DNA of 64,000 nt from Leidyana gryllorum EB-2025a (Eukaryota > Protista > Apicomplexa), in the NCBI GenBank assembly GCA_048772705.1, contig JBLWGC010000213.1, positions 124,001 through 188,000 of the forward strand, written 5' to 3'. The translations under genes were made by a program, and so were the position numbers. How positions within the stretch are numbered: the stretch's first letter is position 1; each line of letters opens with the position of its first letter. This document shows, piece by piece, positions 12,589 to 24,724 of the stretch. Below the pieces are notes generated by a model. That model ran no database searches, had not been told where the DNA came from, and was given only the letters and a program-made list of their open reading frames with translations.

Positions 12589-13937
12589 CTACTTAGCTTT
12601 CTTGATCTGCTCATCGAGGGCTCTGAGCCGCTCGCCCAAAGTCGGATGGGAGTAGTTGATCCCGGCATAGAGCCAATCGACATTGTATGCCATTTTATTC
12701 TCGATACCAATACGCACGAGTCCACTCTTCAAGGCCTCCCCTCTGCCCAACTGGGCAGAGAAAGCGTCGGCCTCAAACTCATGTTTTCGGCTCAGCGCCG
12801 TACCAGCGATATTTAGGACGAACATGAGCTACAAAGGGGCAAGTGAAGAGGAAACGGCCGCACAACTTACGGGGCTCAGAATGGTGGTGAAGATGAAGGC
12901 TCCGATGATGACGGCGTTGGTGTCGTGGAATCCGAAGCTTCTGTAAGGCCCCTCTTGGAAGATGAAGATTTGGGCCACCCAGAGCTGCACGAAGAGGATG
13001 GCAGCACCGAGGACAGTATTCTTAAGGTTGTGTGAGCACTTCCAGTGGCCGATTTCGTGTGCCAAGATGGCCAATATCTCCTCATGAGGGCTTCCGAGCA
13101 GAGTGTCGAAGAGGACGATCCGCTTGTTCTTCCAGAAGCCGTACAAGAAAGCGTTTGAGTGGGCTGAGCGCTTGGAGGCGTCCATTTGGTAGAGTTTGGT
13201 GAGGGGGTATTTGAGCTCATCTGCGAGATCCTCGACTTTCTTTCTGAGGTCGGCATCTTTGAGATTCTCGTAGGTGTTGAAGAGCGGCATGATGACGACC
13301 GGTATGAGGAATGAGGCGATGAAAGTGACCAACAAACAAAGTAGCCAGACCTGCGGAGAGCAGAAGATGTGGGATGTCGGGGCGGGGTACTTACATAAAT
13401 GAATCCATTGGGGCCGGCCCAGCGCACGACCCAGATGAAGAGAGGGACCAGTAGTCCGGTGAGGACTGCAGTGATGCCCAGACTTATGACCCAATCCTTG
13501 AAGAAGAGTCTGAGGGTGGTTTTGTTGAAGCCGTGTCGTTCCTCAATGACAAATGTCGAGTACAAACTCCATGGGAGCTCTTCAACGGTGGAGATGAAGG
13601 TGGTGAGGAGTATGAAGGCAACGGACACAAGGCTTTCCGGGCTGTCGGTGCCGATCCAGTGTGCACAGCGAGTCCAGAGGTAGGGGAAGACACCGTAGAG
13701 GAGGCAGAGTGTGCCTATGATTAGGTCGCAGACGCTGTGTATGATGGCGAAACGCATCGTCTCTCCATGATAGGCGGAGCTCTCCTTGAACTGTTGGGGA
13801 GTGACGATAGACTCCAGCTCAGGTACGACTTTTTCGTCCTTGCGGAAGCGTCTTTCTTGTCTAAGTGAGACATAAATAGAGAATGTATCGACTATGATGG
13901 AGAAGGCGATAGCGAGGGCAAGCCATGGCACCTCCAT
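12589..13937 (-). CDS. STE24: CAAX prenyl protease 1 (peptidase M48), multi-exon
   Basis: LYSTFVIEERHGFNKTT, DASKRSAHSNAFLYG, LAHEIGHWK (HExxH), EFEADAF, YSHPTLGERL. Confidence 0.97.
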
Positions 13938-13969
13938 TTGACGAAGAGCAAAAAAGACGCCTCAGAAAA
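13938..13969. promoter_or_regulatory. 32-bp bidirectional spacer with an A6 tract between STE24 and the 79-aa gene
   Basis: A6 at 13950-13955 between divergent ATGs. Confidence 0.45.
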
Positions 13970-14252
13970 ATGAACATCGAGGCGGTGAAGAAGTACCTCA
14001 AACAGGTGGAAGATGGCGAGTACGAGGCGGAATTGGCAAAGGCTTTCCTGAAGGCTGGACTACCCCAATCCGACATTGATGAGTGAGTGAAAATTGAGAT
14101 TGTGGTGTGAATGTGAGATTGTCAGGATGGTAGCGCAAATGTTGGAGGACATAAAGGGAGTGGTGGGCGGAATGAATCTGGAAACGATGGAGCTGAACGC
14201 TGGAGAATTCGCCGAGTACTTGAGTGACTGTCACGACCGTACCACAGCATAG
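13970..14252 (+). CDS. small acidic hypothetical protein (79 aa); intron 14083-14125; absent from ORF track
   Basis: AAAAATG start; GTGAGT..CAG intron joins MNIEAVKKYLKQVEDGEYEAELAKAFLKAGLPQSDIDE to MVAQMLEDIKGVVGGMNLETMELNAGEFAEYLSDCHDRTTA*; fills the gap between STE24 and RAE1. Confidence 0.65.
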
Positions 14253-14285
14253 TGTAGCAAAGAATTTTCTGTTGTGTTCTTGCCG

Positions 14286-15793
14286 ATGCTGGGAGGTATT
14301 AACCAATCTGTCAGTGATATAACCCAAGGCAAAGCTGTGGAATGTCCACAAGGCCCAAGTGACACCCCCTCCGAAGTGCAATGGTTATGGCCAGCTCCCA
14401 ACTCCCACCCATTCTTATTTGCATCGTCATGGGATGGAACGGTGCGCGCATGGGAAGTGCAGACAGAGCAGCCGCTCTTCAATCGTAAAATCGAGGAAAT
14501 ACCGAGTCGGGCCGATCCCATACCCAAAGTGGTCAACATTGTACCAAAAGCAATGTGGACTAACAACAGTCCCACTCTATGCGTTTGCCCCAGTTCTGTG
14601 AGTGGAATGGCTATTATCTATCCACTCTCGCACTCATCAATGCACAGACTGCGGTGTTCTCCGGAACCTGTGACAAGAGACTTTTGGCACACGATTTGGC
14701 ATCCCAGCAGACACAGCAGATTGGCCAATTGAATGCCCCCGTCTGCAACGTCTTTCACAACAGCAAAACCAACATTATCGTTTCATTAAGTTGGGACAAA
14801 TCCATCAAAGCCTGGGACCCTCGCCAACAAAAGTCTGTCCTCGATATCACAGCCCCAGCGAACGTGAGTCCAATCATGGACAAGACGCGCTCGCTCGCGA
14901 CGCACGCCTTTTTCGATTGCAGGTCATCGCGGGAGACATGAGTGAGAAGGTGTTGGCGGTGCTCACTGACGACCGGAAGGTCCACGCCTACAATCTGGAT
15001 CCCTACAGCGGTACACCGGCGGTACGTCAGGCTACAAACTGCTGACAGCGAACATATCCTTCCCCCCCTCTGTGCAACAGACATGGGTGCCTCTTGAGCC
15101 TTTGATACATAACGCTCGGAAGATCCGACTGTTCCCCGATAGCTCTGGAGTGGTGATCGCTGGGTATGAAGGGCGCTGCCGCATTGCGAATTTCAACCAA
15201 ACTCAAAGAACGTAAGTGTTGGGGTCGTTGACTCCTCATTCCTCACCTCCCACTTTTCAGTGCGGATTTCACTTTCCGGTGTCATCGGTTGTTTGGTCAC
15301 AACTTCCAGCCCGTGACTGCGAATCCCAGTGCGAGCACGAGTAGTCAACAGTCAATTCTAATATACGCCGTCAATTGTGTAGATTTCAATCCTTTATACA
15401 ATACTCTCATCACTTCGGTAAGTCCTCGTTTGATCTTTCTGGCTGCTGACCGACCGACGTGACTGGCGCTTTCGACAGGGCGCGGATGGAGGCGCTACTA
15501 CATGGGACAAAGATGTCAGACAGAGGATCCAAGTGATACCCAATCTGGCTGGACCCGTGACCTGTGGTCGATTCGACCCCTCGGGGCGTATGTTTGGCTA
15601 CGGCACTGGGTACGACTGGTCCGAGGTGAGTGTGTTGCTGAGGGTGTGGCTGGCACTAATTGATTTTTTAGGGCATAAATGGCAAGAACACCGCTACCTA
15701 CCGGAAGACCGCACCGATCCAGAACCGCATTTGCGTAATGATGATGACGGACGAGTCTATCCATTCCAAACCGCCCAAGAAATGAATGAATGA
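14286..15793 (+). CDS. RAE1: mRNA export WD40 protein Rae1/Gle2 (Rae1/Bub3 family), multi-exon
   Basis: PSDTPSEVQW, SSWDGTVRAWEV, SWDKSIKAWDPR, GYEGRC, FTFRCHR, YAVNCVDF, GYDWSEGH. Confidence 0.85.
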
Positions 15794-15855
15794 TCCACCC
15801 AAAAAACCACCTTGTACATCATCCTTGTTAAAAAAGTCCTTGATACACTGACACC

Positions 15856-18800
15856 ATGCCAAAGGTCCGCATGACTGCCCTCGATGTCAGGGCTATGGTA
15901 ACGGATATAAGTCCTCTTGTTACCCGGTGAGTGGTCGACGAGACTCCCCGGACTGACATAAAATTATCCATATGCCAGTCTGCGCGTCGCAAATGTGTAC
16001 GATATTTCATCAAAGGTCTATGTCCTCAAACTATCCGAGGGTGACGTCAAGAGGCATCTGGTCTGTGAGGCTGGGAATCGCTTCCACTTATCCCAATGGA
16101 AACGCGATAAACAATCTATACCATCTTTCTTCACCATGAAACTGCGCAAGTATCTTCGAACCAAACGTTTGGCCTCCATCACGCAATTAGGCGCTGATCG
16201 GGTCATAGATCTTCAATTCGGTTATGAGGAGAACGCAATGCACTTATTGGTGGAGCTTTACTCCAAGGTGCGTCCGCCAATAATACTTCCAAGTTCCCCT
16301 TTCCCCACCAACAACACCCCTTTCACCCTTTCCCCCAAACCCACACCCACACTCCTCTGCAGGGAAATGTCGTGTTGACTGATCACGAGTATATAGTGAG
16401 GGCGTCTTGGCGTCAGTTTCGCGCCGATGATGACTTTGCGGTTCGGTTAAATGCCCCTTACCCCATCCAAACGTATCAAGACCCCCACCGATTTGTAGCC
16501 TGTGGCGTGGATCAGGCGATTGCGAAAGATCGAGACGCTGTCACATCGGTAACCTTTCTTTTCCCCGTGCCCCCCGTCGATCTTTCATTACCCAACAGTG
16601 GCTTCAAGAAAATCATAGCTTGCTGACTGCCGAAGGGGGACCCTCCAAAAGGAAAAAGAAGAGCTCCGAGGCTCAACAGTCGCAAAATGGAGTACCCTTG
16701 GAAGACATACTGAGCAGAATGATGCCTGTGGCTCATCGTGGCCTCGTGGAATGGGCGTGTAGTAATGTGGATCTCAAGAATCGGCATTACCCCCTCGATG
16801 AGCAGCAAATCACACCCAACTCTCCACTCATTGACGATTTATTCACGCTAACACACAAACTGCTTGATATCTGGAATCAAGTTAGCATGCCTGGGATGCT
16901 CGGGTCCACACAAACCGAAGTGCCGAAAGTGAAAGGCTATACCACCTTCACCTCCGGCGAACCGCGCGTCCACAATGACTACTCGCCACTTGACATTTAT
17001 GACCCTAGCAACAGACAAGAATACGATTCGTTTCATCTGGTGAGCACACCGCAACCAAATTCTTCAACTTCACCCACACAGTGTGTGGACGATTTCTATA
17101 GCTCTGTGGAGCTCGCCAAGGAAGAGAAAGGAAAAGCTGAGCGTCTGCATGATCTGGAGTCCAAAATTGAGAATATTCGAAGAGATCAAGCTGAGTAAGT
17201 CCCCCGCATTGCACTCCCACCCCCACGCCTCCTCCAGACGAGTTGAGAAGCTGCAACAGGAAAGGGATTTAGCCGAAAGGTAAGTTCGGGCCCAAAGCAA
17301 TCGCAAACCCTCCCATAGACAAGCTGCGTGTGTCGAGCATCAGGTCGACTTCGTGGGTAAAGCAGTGGAGATGCTTTCGAGAGCACTATCCACCGGAAGT
17401 GACTGGAAATTGATTGAACAAATGGTGAAAGAGGTACGATCCCGCCCACCACCACTACATACGCCCACAGCAACGGAAACTGAATCATCCAGTAGCTCTT
17501 TATATTCAACGTCTGAATTTAGAACACAACCGATTTACCTTACTGCTATCAGACGAGATGCTGGAGGAGGCAGAGGTACGCCGCACTTATTCCCACCCCT
17601 TGGGAATCAAAGACTTGCTCACTCTTAGGATGACGCACCCTTAATTCCAGTTGAGCTGGTGATCAGCCAATCGGCGTTTGCGAACGTACAAAGGCTCCAC
17701 GAGGAAAAGAAGGCTGCGAATATCAAGTTCCTCAAGACACAGGAAGCTGCTCAGCGTGTTGTCGCGGCAGCTGAGGCCGCAGCTGAGAAAGAAAAACAAC
17801 GGAAGGTAATCTGAGCCCTCCAATGAGCACTTCAGACCCCCACGTAGGAGCTACGCACCGACACCCGGCCTGCCATGCAGCGACTGAGAAAAGTATTCTG
17901 GTTCGAACGGTTCTACTGGTTCGTTTCCAGTGACGGCTACCTGGTTCTGGCTGGACGCGACGCACAACAAAATGAGATCCTGTATCGAAAGTATCTACGG
18001 AAGGTGAGGAGACACATCCCTCGGACACACGTGTGTGTACAAAATCTCTTCTACCGCAGCACGATATATATGTACATGCCGAAGTTCATGGTGCCGCGAC
18101 CTGTGTGATTCGCAACCTTCGCCCTGATGTCCCAGTACCCCCCAAGACTGTCGAAGAGGCAGGGTTGATGTCTGTTTGCCGGTCTAATGCTTGGAAGACC
18201 AAGGTGTTGGTACAAGCTTACTGGGTCTATGCACACCAGGTCTCCAAAACACCACAACCTGGAGAGTTTGTTTCCATGGGTGGCTTCATCATTCGCGGCA
18301 AGCGTAACCCTATCCTGATCAAAAAGCTGGAAATGGGTGTCGGAGTTATGTTCCACCTCGGCGATGAGGAGTCTATCCGCCGTCACCTCAAACCTCACCA
18401 ACTCGAACAACTCGGACTTGACCCAGAGGCCTCACTCCTTCCAGTGAGCACTCCTGGATCTGACGACGAGCTCAACGACCCCTCTCAACCACAACCCAAC
18501 GCCAGAAAGGCCTCTCACGGGCATGATCAGGTAATAGAAGAGGATCCTGATCAACTGGAAGAAGTGGATGCCGACAAGAGTGTGGGTGGAGCTGAGGAGA
18601 GCGATAGCCAGTCAGATGACAGTGACGATGAAGAGAGGAAAGCAGGTGGACCTCTCTCGGCGGTCGACGGAGGCAAAGAGAGCTCGGACGAGGAGAGTGA
18701 TGATGATGATGATGAAAGTTCTTTCGAAATTACTGCGGCCACATCTAGCAATCGCCAAAGTTCCCTGCGGCACCCGTCTAAGCAGTCGCAGGATTCAGCG

Positions 18801-20597
18801 TCTCGTGCTGTGCAATTCGGGTCTATCGAAGTGTTGCCTACCCCTGCTATCGAAGCCGTAAGCCACACACTGCCCTCACCTAACGTTCGATGCCCCCCCA
18901 CCACGTGTGAGACGCCTTTGCAGCACGTGGACTTCGACGACCTCCCACCAGAAGTAATAGTAGTCAACTCCGAACGGAGCATTTTGTCTGAAGATGAGGA
19001 GGATGATGATATATCGGCTCGACTGCGCGAGTTGGCTCATCACAAACAACACGGTGAATCGATAAGTTCTCACAGTGGTATGAGCAACGAAGCGGCGGCA
19101 GATACATCATCTCCTCCGGTGGCCAGCGGTTCGGCTTCTGCTCGGGGCTTTGAGCTGCGACGTCCTGATTCAGCGGACGAGCTGCCTCCTCCTGCTCCCT
19201 ATGCTGGACGGTCGGCTCCACGAGATCTGTTAGCTCGGCGAACGCCCGAGACGTCAGATCCTTTGTTCACTTTGGAGTACGGAGAGAGCTCCAGTGTCCA
19301 TCTGGAGGAGATGAGCCCTGGAGTGGGGGCAGCTACAGTTCCCGTGTTGGGTACCCACGGTTACGTGGTGTTACCTCCGAAGCACACAAAGAGTTGTCCC
19401 ACTGTTTCGCATCGGCGTCGTTTGGTTGTGGACGGCGGCCCCCTGCCGCGCGGCTTCTTGGAAGACGAGGTGCCGCCTCCGAAGACGTTGTTGAAGATTG
19501 GATTCACTGCGTCGATGGAGAGGATGTCGCCGGTGCAGAGTGACGCGTTGCCTGAGACTCAGGAGGCCGGTCCGATGAGTTCTACGGGTGGTGGTGAGGG
19601 GAGCGTAGAGATGAGTGAAGCCACAGTAACCCATCACACGGCTGCGGAGGCCCCAACGAAAGCTCGAATGAGCAAAGCTGCTCGGCGGCAGATGAAGAAG
19701 GGTTCGAGTCCTGTGGCTGATAGCAAAGAGCCGTCGAAGAAGGTGCATTCCGAGCCTGGTGACGGTGTTGTCGATTGTAAGAAGGGGAAGAAGGCCACTG
19801 TGGTGCCTCGGAGCAAGCAGCGGAAGTTACGGAAAATGAAAGATAAGTACGCTGAGCAGAGTGATGATGAGCGCGAGTTGGCTATGCAACTGATCGGGGC
19901 GAAGAAGATTAAGGAGGAGAATGTTGAGGAGGACAAGAAAAAGCAGTCTGATGTAAAAGAGGAGGTTAGCGACCGGCAAGGATGGTCGGGTCAGGCTTTG
20001 CCAGACCGGAACATAGCGAATGAGGAGTCCGATCCCGAGGATGAAGAAGACTGGAAGGTGAGTGTTATGGCGGTTGTTTGGTAATTGTTGGGATTGTGTG
20101 CAGAAACGTCTGGGGGTTACCCATGAGTTGACAGGAAATCCGACGGAGAAAGATACAATTCTCTGTGCGCTGCCTGTGTGTGCTCCTGTATCTGCCTTGA
20201 AAGGGTATAAGTACACAGGAAAGTTGACACCAGGCGGCGGGAAGAAAGGGAAGGCTGTCCAATTAATTCATCAGGCCTTCGTTGCGATGGTGAGTGTGTG
20301 TGTGTGTGTCCTCGGCGAGACACGTAGTTGTACCATACTTATTCTTGTTGGATTTCCTATAGAGCCCAGCCAACAGCGTGGTCAGGCAACTGATCAAGCA
20401 GATTTCGGCAGACGAGATCAGTGGCTGCATTGTGTCAAATCCAGTGGTTTCGATCCAAGGTGGGCGGCGCAGATTGTGTGTTCTGCCGATCGATTGCAAT
20501 CTGATTGGTTCCTGCAGGGGGTGATCAAATCCAACGAGCAGAGCGGAAGGCGAAGAAAGCGCTCAGCAAAGCGATAGTGAAGGCCGCCGCCTCCTAG
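15856..20597 (+). CDS. NEMF: ribosome quality control subunit NEMF/Rqc2 (NFACT family), multi-exon, with large low-complexity insert
   Basis: MPKVRMTALDVRAM, PSFFTMKLRKYLRTKRL, GADRVIDLQFG, WFERFYWFVSSDGYLVLAGRDAQQNE, YVHAEVHGA, PVCAPVSALKGYKYTGKLTPG. Confidence 0.95.
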
Positions 20598-21940
20598 TCC
20601 ATGGCGGAGTGCATGTGAATGGATGGCTTCGACAAAGCTTCGCTTCTCTAAAGCAGACTATGTAGATAGACAATATGAGCAGCCACCTTACCGCGGCCAA
20701 ATACCGAGCCTCGAACCCGTTCCCTCGTATACGCCCATCCCATCTCTTTCCTGGCTGAATTCCAAATCTGTTGGGGGGAGCAGGAAACCTGCTGCGGGCA
20801 GCAGCTTTGCTCCTCGATGTGTCCTGGTGAGCTTCGCTGGTGGTATCAGGGGGCTTTGCGAACCCTTCCATTTTCAGGAGCGGATCATCCCAGCGATACT
20901 TTTCTCGCAATTCTTTATCCAGAGATTCATCAATGTCATGCCTAATATTAAGAGAAAGATTGGTTGCTGTGTAACCCGAACGGTCTGTACCTTTGCAGCG
21001 GCTGCTTCGCAACTTCAGCCTCATAGTCGGCTCGCGCGGCTTCGTCTTCCTTCTGCTTGATGCCTCCGCCCCAATCCAACTGACTTTCAGATAGTTTTTG
21101 TACTTTCTTCCGCGCAGGAGCGCGTTGCCGCCGCTTTCGCTTCTCTTCCTGCAGCTCAGTCCATTCACGTTTACTGATCCGTCGACCTTCTTCGTCCCGA
21201 AACACCACAGCACTCTGCTGCTCTTCTTTCTGAGCTGCCGGCAGCGGCCGTGGCGGTGGTGACCGTTCCCGGGACGAATGCGTCCGCCGTCCAGCGCCCA
21301 CCACACGATCAGTGTCATCGTCACGATCCGAATCATAGCTATAGCGTCGACGTTTAACACTGCTGCTGACCCGCGGTTCGTCACGGGAGGCGGAGGAGGA
21401 GGAATTTGAGAGGCGGCGTCGGCTGGTGGAACGTCGCTCGTCATAGCTGTCCCGTCGTCGTCTGTCGGGGGGACGGTGGTGTGCAGTTGAGGCGGCTGAC
21501 GACCTGCGTGGCCGCTCGACGTCCAAGTCGTCATCAGAATCATAACTATTGCGTCGCCTCTTTACTGCGGGTTGGGAATATTCGATTCGAGAGGACGATG
21601 ACCTCTCACGGGCCTTTGACCTTTCATGGACCGTTGCTCCCCCCTTCTCTCGTCGGCTGATGCTTGATGGCTGGAGAGCTCTGTCGTGGGATTGTCGGCG
21701 TTGCTTTAGCAGTTGAGCCTCAAGTTGTGCTCGTGTGGCGGGGTCTATATCCTCATCTAGTGATTGCAGCATAAACTCTATGTCCTCATCGTCCTGATGG
21801 TAACTTGAGCGATACTTATCAACATGGTCGTCATCGTCGTTTCTATCTCGGCCGCGCCGACTGTGTTTACGGTGCCGATGGGCATCCGGCAAGTCGTCGA
21901 ACTCGTCATCGACCAATTGGATGCCTTTACGGTATATCAT
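20594..21940 (-). CDS. BUD13: RES complex splicing factor Bud13/Cwc26
   Basis: VFRDEEGRRI, WGGGIKQ, RWDDPL, PPNRFGIQPGKRWDGRIRGNGFE; RS-rich N-terminus. Confidence 0.92.
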
Positions 21941-21992
21941 CGTGTATATTCCTATCTTTTTGTTTCATGTGGTATCATGAAAAAAAATGCAA

Positions 21993-23984
21993 TCAGAAGA
22001 GACTTGACACCAAATTGAAAACCTCATTGGTGGCGGCAGAGAGAGTGCTGGCTGCGCTGTCAGTGAAGGTGTTGGTGAGGCCGAAACCGGTGAAGTGGTT
22101 CAGAACGGGGGACAGAAGTGAGTTGGGGAGTCCCAAAAGTTGCGAAATAATGTTATCGGCGATGCGACCAGTGTTGACATTCAGGAAGTTTAGTTGGTCG
22201 GGCAGCAGGCTGAGCAGAGCACCTGTGATAGACTGAATGAACACACGTGGGTATAGAGGAGACGCTCTGACAGTAGTCTCCGGAATGTTGCGAATAGCAG
22301 CCTGATCAGCCACGGCAATTTGACTGATCTGTTCCGGCAGAGACCGTAAGCTCTCAACGGCACTCGCCAAGGCAGAACTGAGACCCTTAAGGGTGGCAAC
22401 CTTCATAACCATATGGTTCTCGAAAGCTCCGTAAGCAATCTCAGCACCCCGACTAGCGCGAGCCAAAACTCCAGAAGTCATTCCCTCAAGTTCATCCACC
22501 TCAACCACAGGCACATCCTCCTGGTTGAGGAAGTCCATCAGCCAAGTGTAGTCATCATCAACTTCGAACAGACGACGGGCCGGAACTTCCACAACCACTG
22601 TGCCCTCACCAGTGGTACCAGCCACCGGACCAACACGAACACCAAACTCCACAGCAGGAGGCGGGGCCGGAGGAGCCGGAGTGGTGGTCTCAGACGAAGA
22701 GGAGGAGTCAGTACCAACGCGCACCTCAGCTTCAACGTCAGCCAAACTGACATCAGTGGCAACATTGCGGCCAGTAGACACTCCAAAGTGGGCAGCAACA
22801 GTCTCAGCAATGGGGGTAGTGAAACGAGGCGCAACGGTCTCAGCAATCTCGATCACAACAGGGGTGCGCATCACCAAGCGTCTCACCTGAGCACGCAAGA
22901 AACGAAGGGGACGGGTGAAAACATTTGTAGGACCGATCAACAAACCGCGAGCGGCGAGCTGTCCAGCGCGCTGGTTGGTCTCAATAATGGCGCGATCGAT
23001 AGTCTCCGCCCAACTCCTGAGTACACGAAGAGGAATCATGTACTGGTTGTGCAGACGACTGGCGGTAGCATCACGCAAAGTCGAATCCAACAAAGCAAAG
23101 ATACCGCTAGACTCCACAGCAGAGGCAATCACACCCAACACGCGACCTTCGACGCCAAAACGCCGGGCACGCTCACGAATGCGGCTGTCAGTAGTCAAAC
23201 TTTCAGTGGCGGTGTTCACTCCATTGTACACCCCACCAAGGACTTGAAGCGGAGCGCTCAGCAAGTTGCTGATAGTTCTCAAAAGCCCAGCAGTCGCAGA
23301 TCGCTCAGCATTCACCAAACGATCCGTCGTCATGGGCAATTGCTCAATGACTTCCACAACTTCGATCGCTCCGTCAGCGTCTTCAGCCGAGGCGAGGGTA
23401 CGCCACAGATCGGCACCCACACAAAGGGGGTTCATAGTGGAGGCGAGTTGACCGTTACACACAGTCTTGACAGCAGAGGCTAAGTTCTTTGGCAAAGCCT
23501 CGTACAGGGGAGCATCAGCCGGAATAGTAAGCAGTTCCTTTTCAGAATCCTTCTCGGCCTGAGCCTCCTTCAAATTGGCTAATTCATATGCGTCCTGCAA
23601 AGTGATTCCTTCTCTTCGGATCACCGGTGAAGTAGTAGCCTGAGTGATCAGAAACTCCAAGCTGTCCACCAAACGCCTGTACACGTAACCAAGAGGTTCA
23701 ATGTACTCAACAAACTCCCAGTCGCTGAACGGAGCCAAACTTTGGACCGTGGGAGTTTCGCTGGACGCATAAGTGCCTCTCACAGGCAGGATAACTGGCT
23801 CCGAGTAAGGAGGAAGATCCACCACACGGCCATGGAAGATAGCGCTCGGCGTAGTACGCAAAGTCGCTTCCTGACCAAGGACTGCGGATGAATCAACGAA
23901 GCCAGGCTCGTATTGGGCAGGAACCCATAAAAGGTCCTGGTTTGCCCATGCAACGCCGATAGGAAGGAGACACGATAGTTTCAT
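21993..23984 (-). CDS. intronless secreted protein of unknown function (~663 aa)
   Basis: Signal-peptide-like MKLSCLLPIGVAWA after GAAATG; long ORF; codon usage resembling RPS13/OLA1; S/T/P linker. Confidence 0.8.
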   Translation of the reverse strand: MKLSCLLPIGVAWANQDLLWVPAQYEPGFVDSSAVLGQEATLRTTPSAIFHGRVVDLPPYSEPVILPVRGTYASSETPTVQSLAPFSDWEFVEYIEPLGYVYRRLVDSLEFLITQATTSPVIRREGITLQDAYELANLKEAQAEKDSEKELLTIPADAPLYEALPKNLASAVKTVCNGQLASTMNPLCVGADLWRTLASAEDADGAIEVVEVIEQLPMTTDRLVNAERSATAGLLRTISNLLSAPLQVLGGVYNGVNTATESLTTDSRIRERARRFGVEGRVLGVIASAVESSGIFALLDSTLRDATASRLHNQYMIPLRVLRSWAETIDRAIIETNQRAGQLAARGLLIGPTNVFTRPLRFLRAQVRRLVMRTPVVIEIAETVAPRFTTPIAETVAAHFGVSTGRNVATDVSLADVEAEVRVGTDSSSSSETTTPAPPAPPPAVEFGVRVGPVAGTTGEGTVVVEVPARRLFEVDDDYTWLMDFLNQEDVPVVEVDELEGMTSGVLARASRGAEIAYGAFENHMVMKVATLKGLSSALASAVESLRSLPEQISQIAVADQAAIRNIPETTVRASPLYPRVFIQSITGALLSLLPDQLNFLNVNTGRIADNIISQLLGLPNSLLSPVLNHFTGFGLTNTFTDSAASTLSAATNEVFNLVSSLF

Positions 23985-24101
23985 TTCAAACAATTCACCC
24001 TTCTCTGCGCCTTGGCACACACGCAACTGATCAGACAAACATACTCATTACCTTTTCCGCACTTTGGGACTCATCAATCAAAACAGAGCCTTCTAAAGCC
24101 A

Positions 24102-24679
24102 ATGAGCTCGAGCTCAGACACAAAAAGGGTAGTCACTTCCCCTAGTCGATATGCCAACTCACGCAACACCAAAAGTCAGGTTGTCAACCGAAAACAGACC
24201 AATGCGATAAATAGCGCACCGCTTGGTGAATCACAAAAGAGCAGTCTAATTGACCACCAACACGGCATGGCGCCTTCGTAATGGCTGAGGTGGATTAGCT
24301 CCCTCCAAAATTGACCAAATAAGGGGTAGCTTCCATGAAGGACCCACCGTAGACCAAAATGATAAGATAGTCGGCAAATCGCAGGAACCAATTTTTGCCG
24401 ATGTGAGGGTATTGTGATAGCTCTCGATGCTGCCGAAGGACAAGAGACTTGCCGTTTTCAACCGTTGTCGTAAAATGTTGACAAGGGAAACACCAGCAAG
24501 CCTCCTGCGGTGACCGACTGATCTAGATAGATCGCGGTGAACATGTCGGGGTTCCTAACTCTGCTGAGACCATAGATTGAAAGATGAATAAGAAATTGGA
24601 AAGTCAGCCGAAAGGAATCCACCACAGTTGACGATGAACTAGAAACGGATAGGAAAGAGCTGATCATTGTCACAGAATG
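24102..24679 (+). CDS. possible small spliced hypothetical gene
   Basis: ATG at 24102 (MSSSSDTKR) and coding-like terminal segment RKESTTVDDELETDRKELIIVTE*; exon structure not resolved. Confidence 0.25.
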
Positions 24680-24724
24680 ATAATTGATCTGATTCGCGTA
24701 TTGGAAGGTCTTTTGTTTCCCAAT

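Noticed and set aside
12448-12591. Stop-codon readthrough of STE24 (frame stays open about 46 codons)
   Set aside because: STE24 ends at the expected position, an open run of this length is plausible by chance, and TAG is an ordinary stop elsewhere here
20294-20309. Short (TG)n/(CA)n runs (also ~30646 and ~52483)
   Set aside because: Ordinary intronic microsatellites
22413-23483. 356-aa plus-strand ORF and similar long antisense ORFs (4480-5250, 9907-10560, 31861-32574, 48443-49144)
   Set aside because: Antisense shadows of codon-biased real genes with no recognisable motifs
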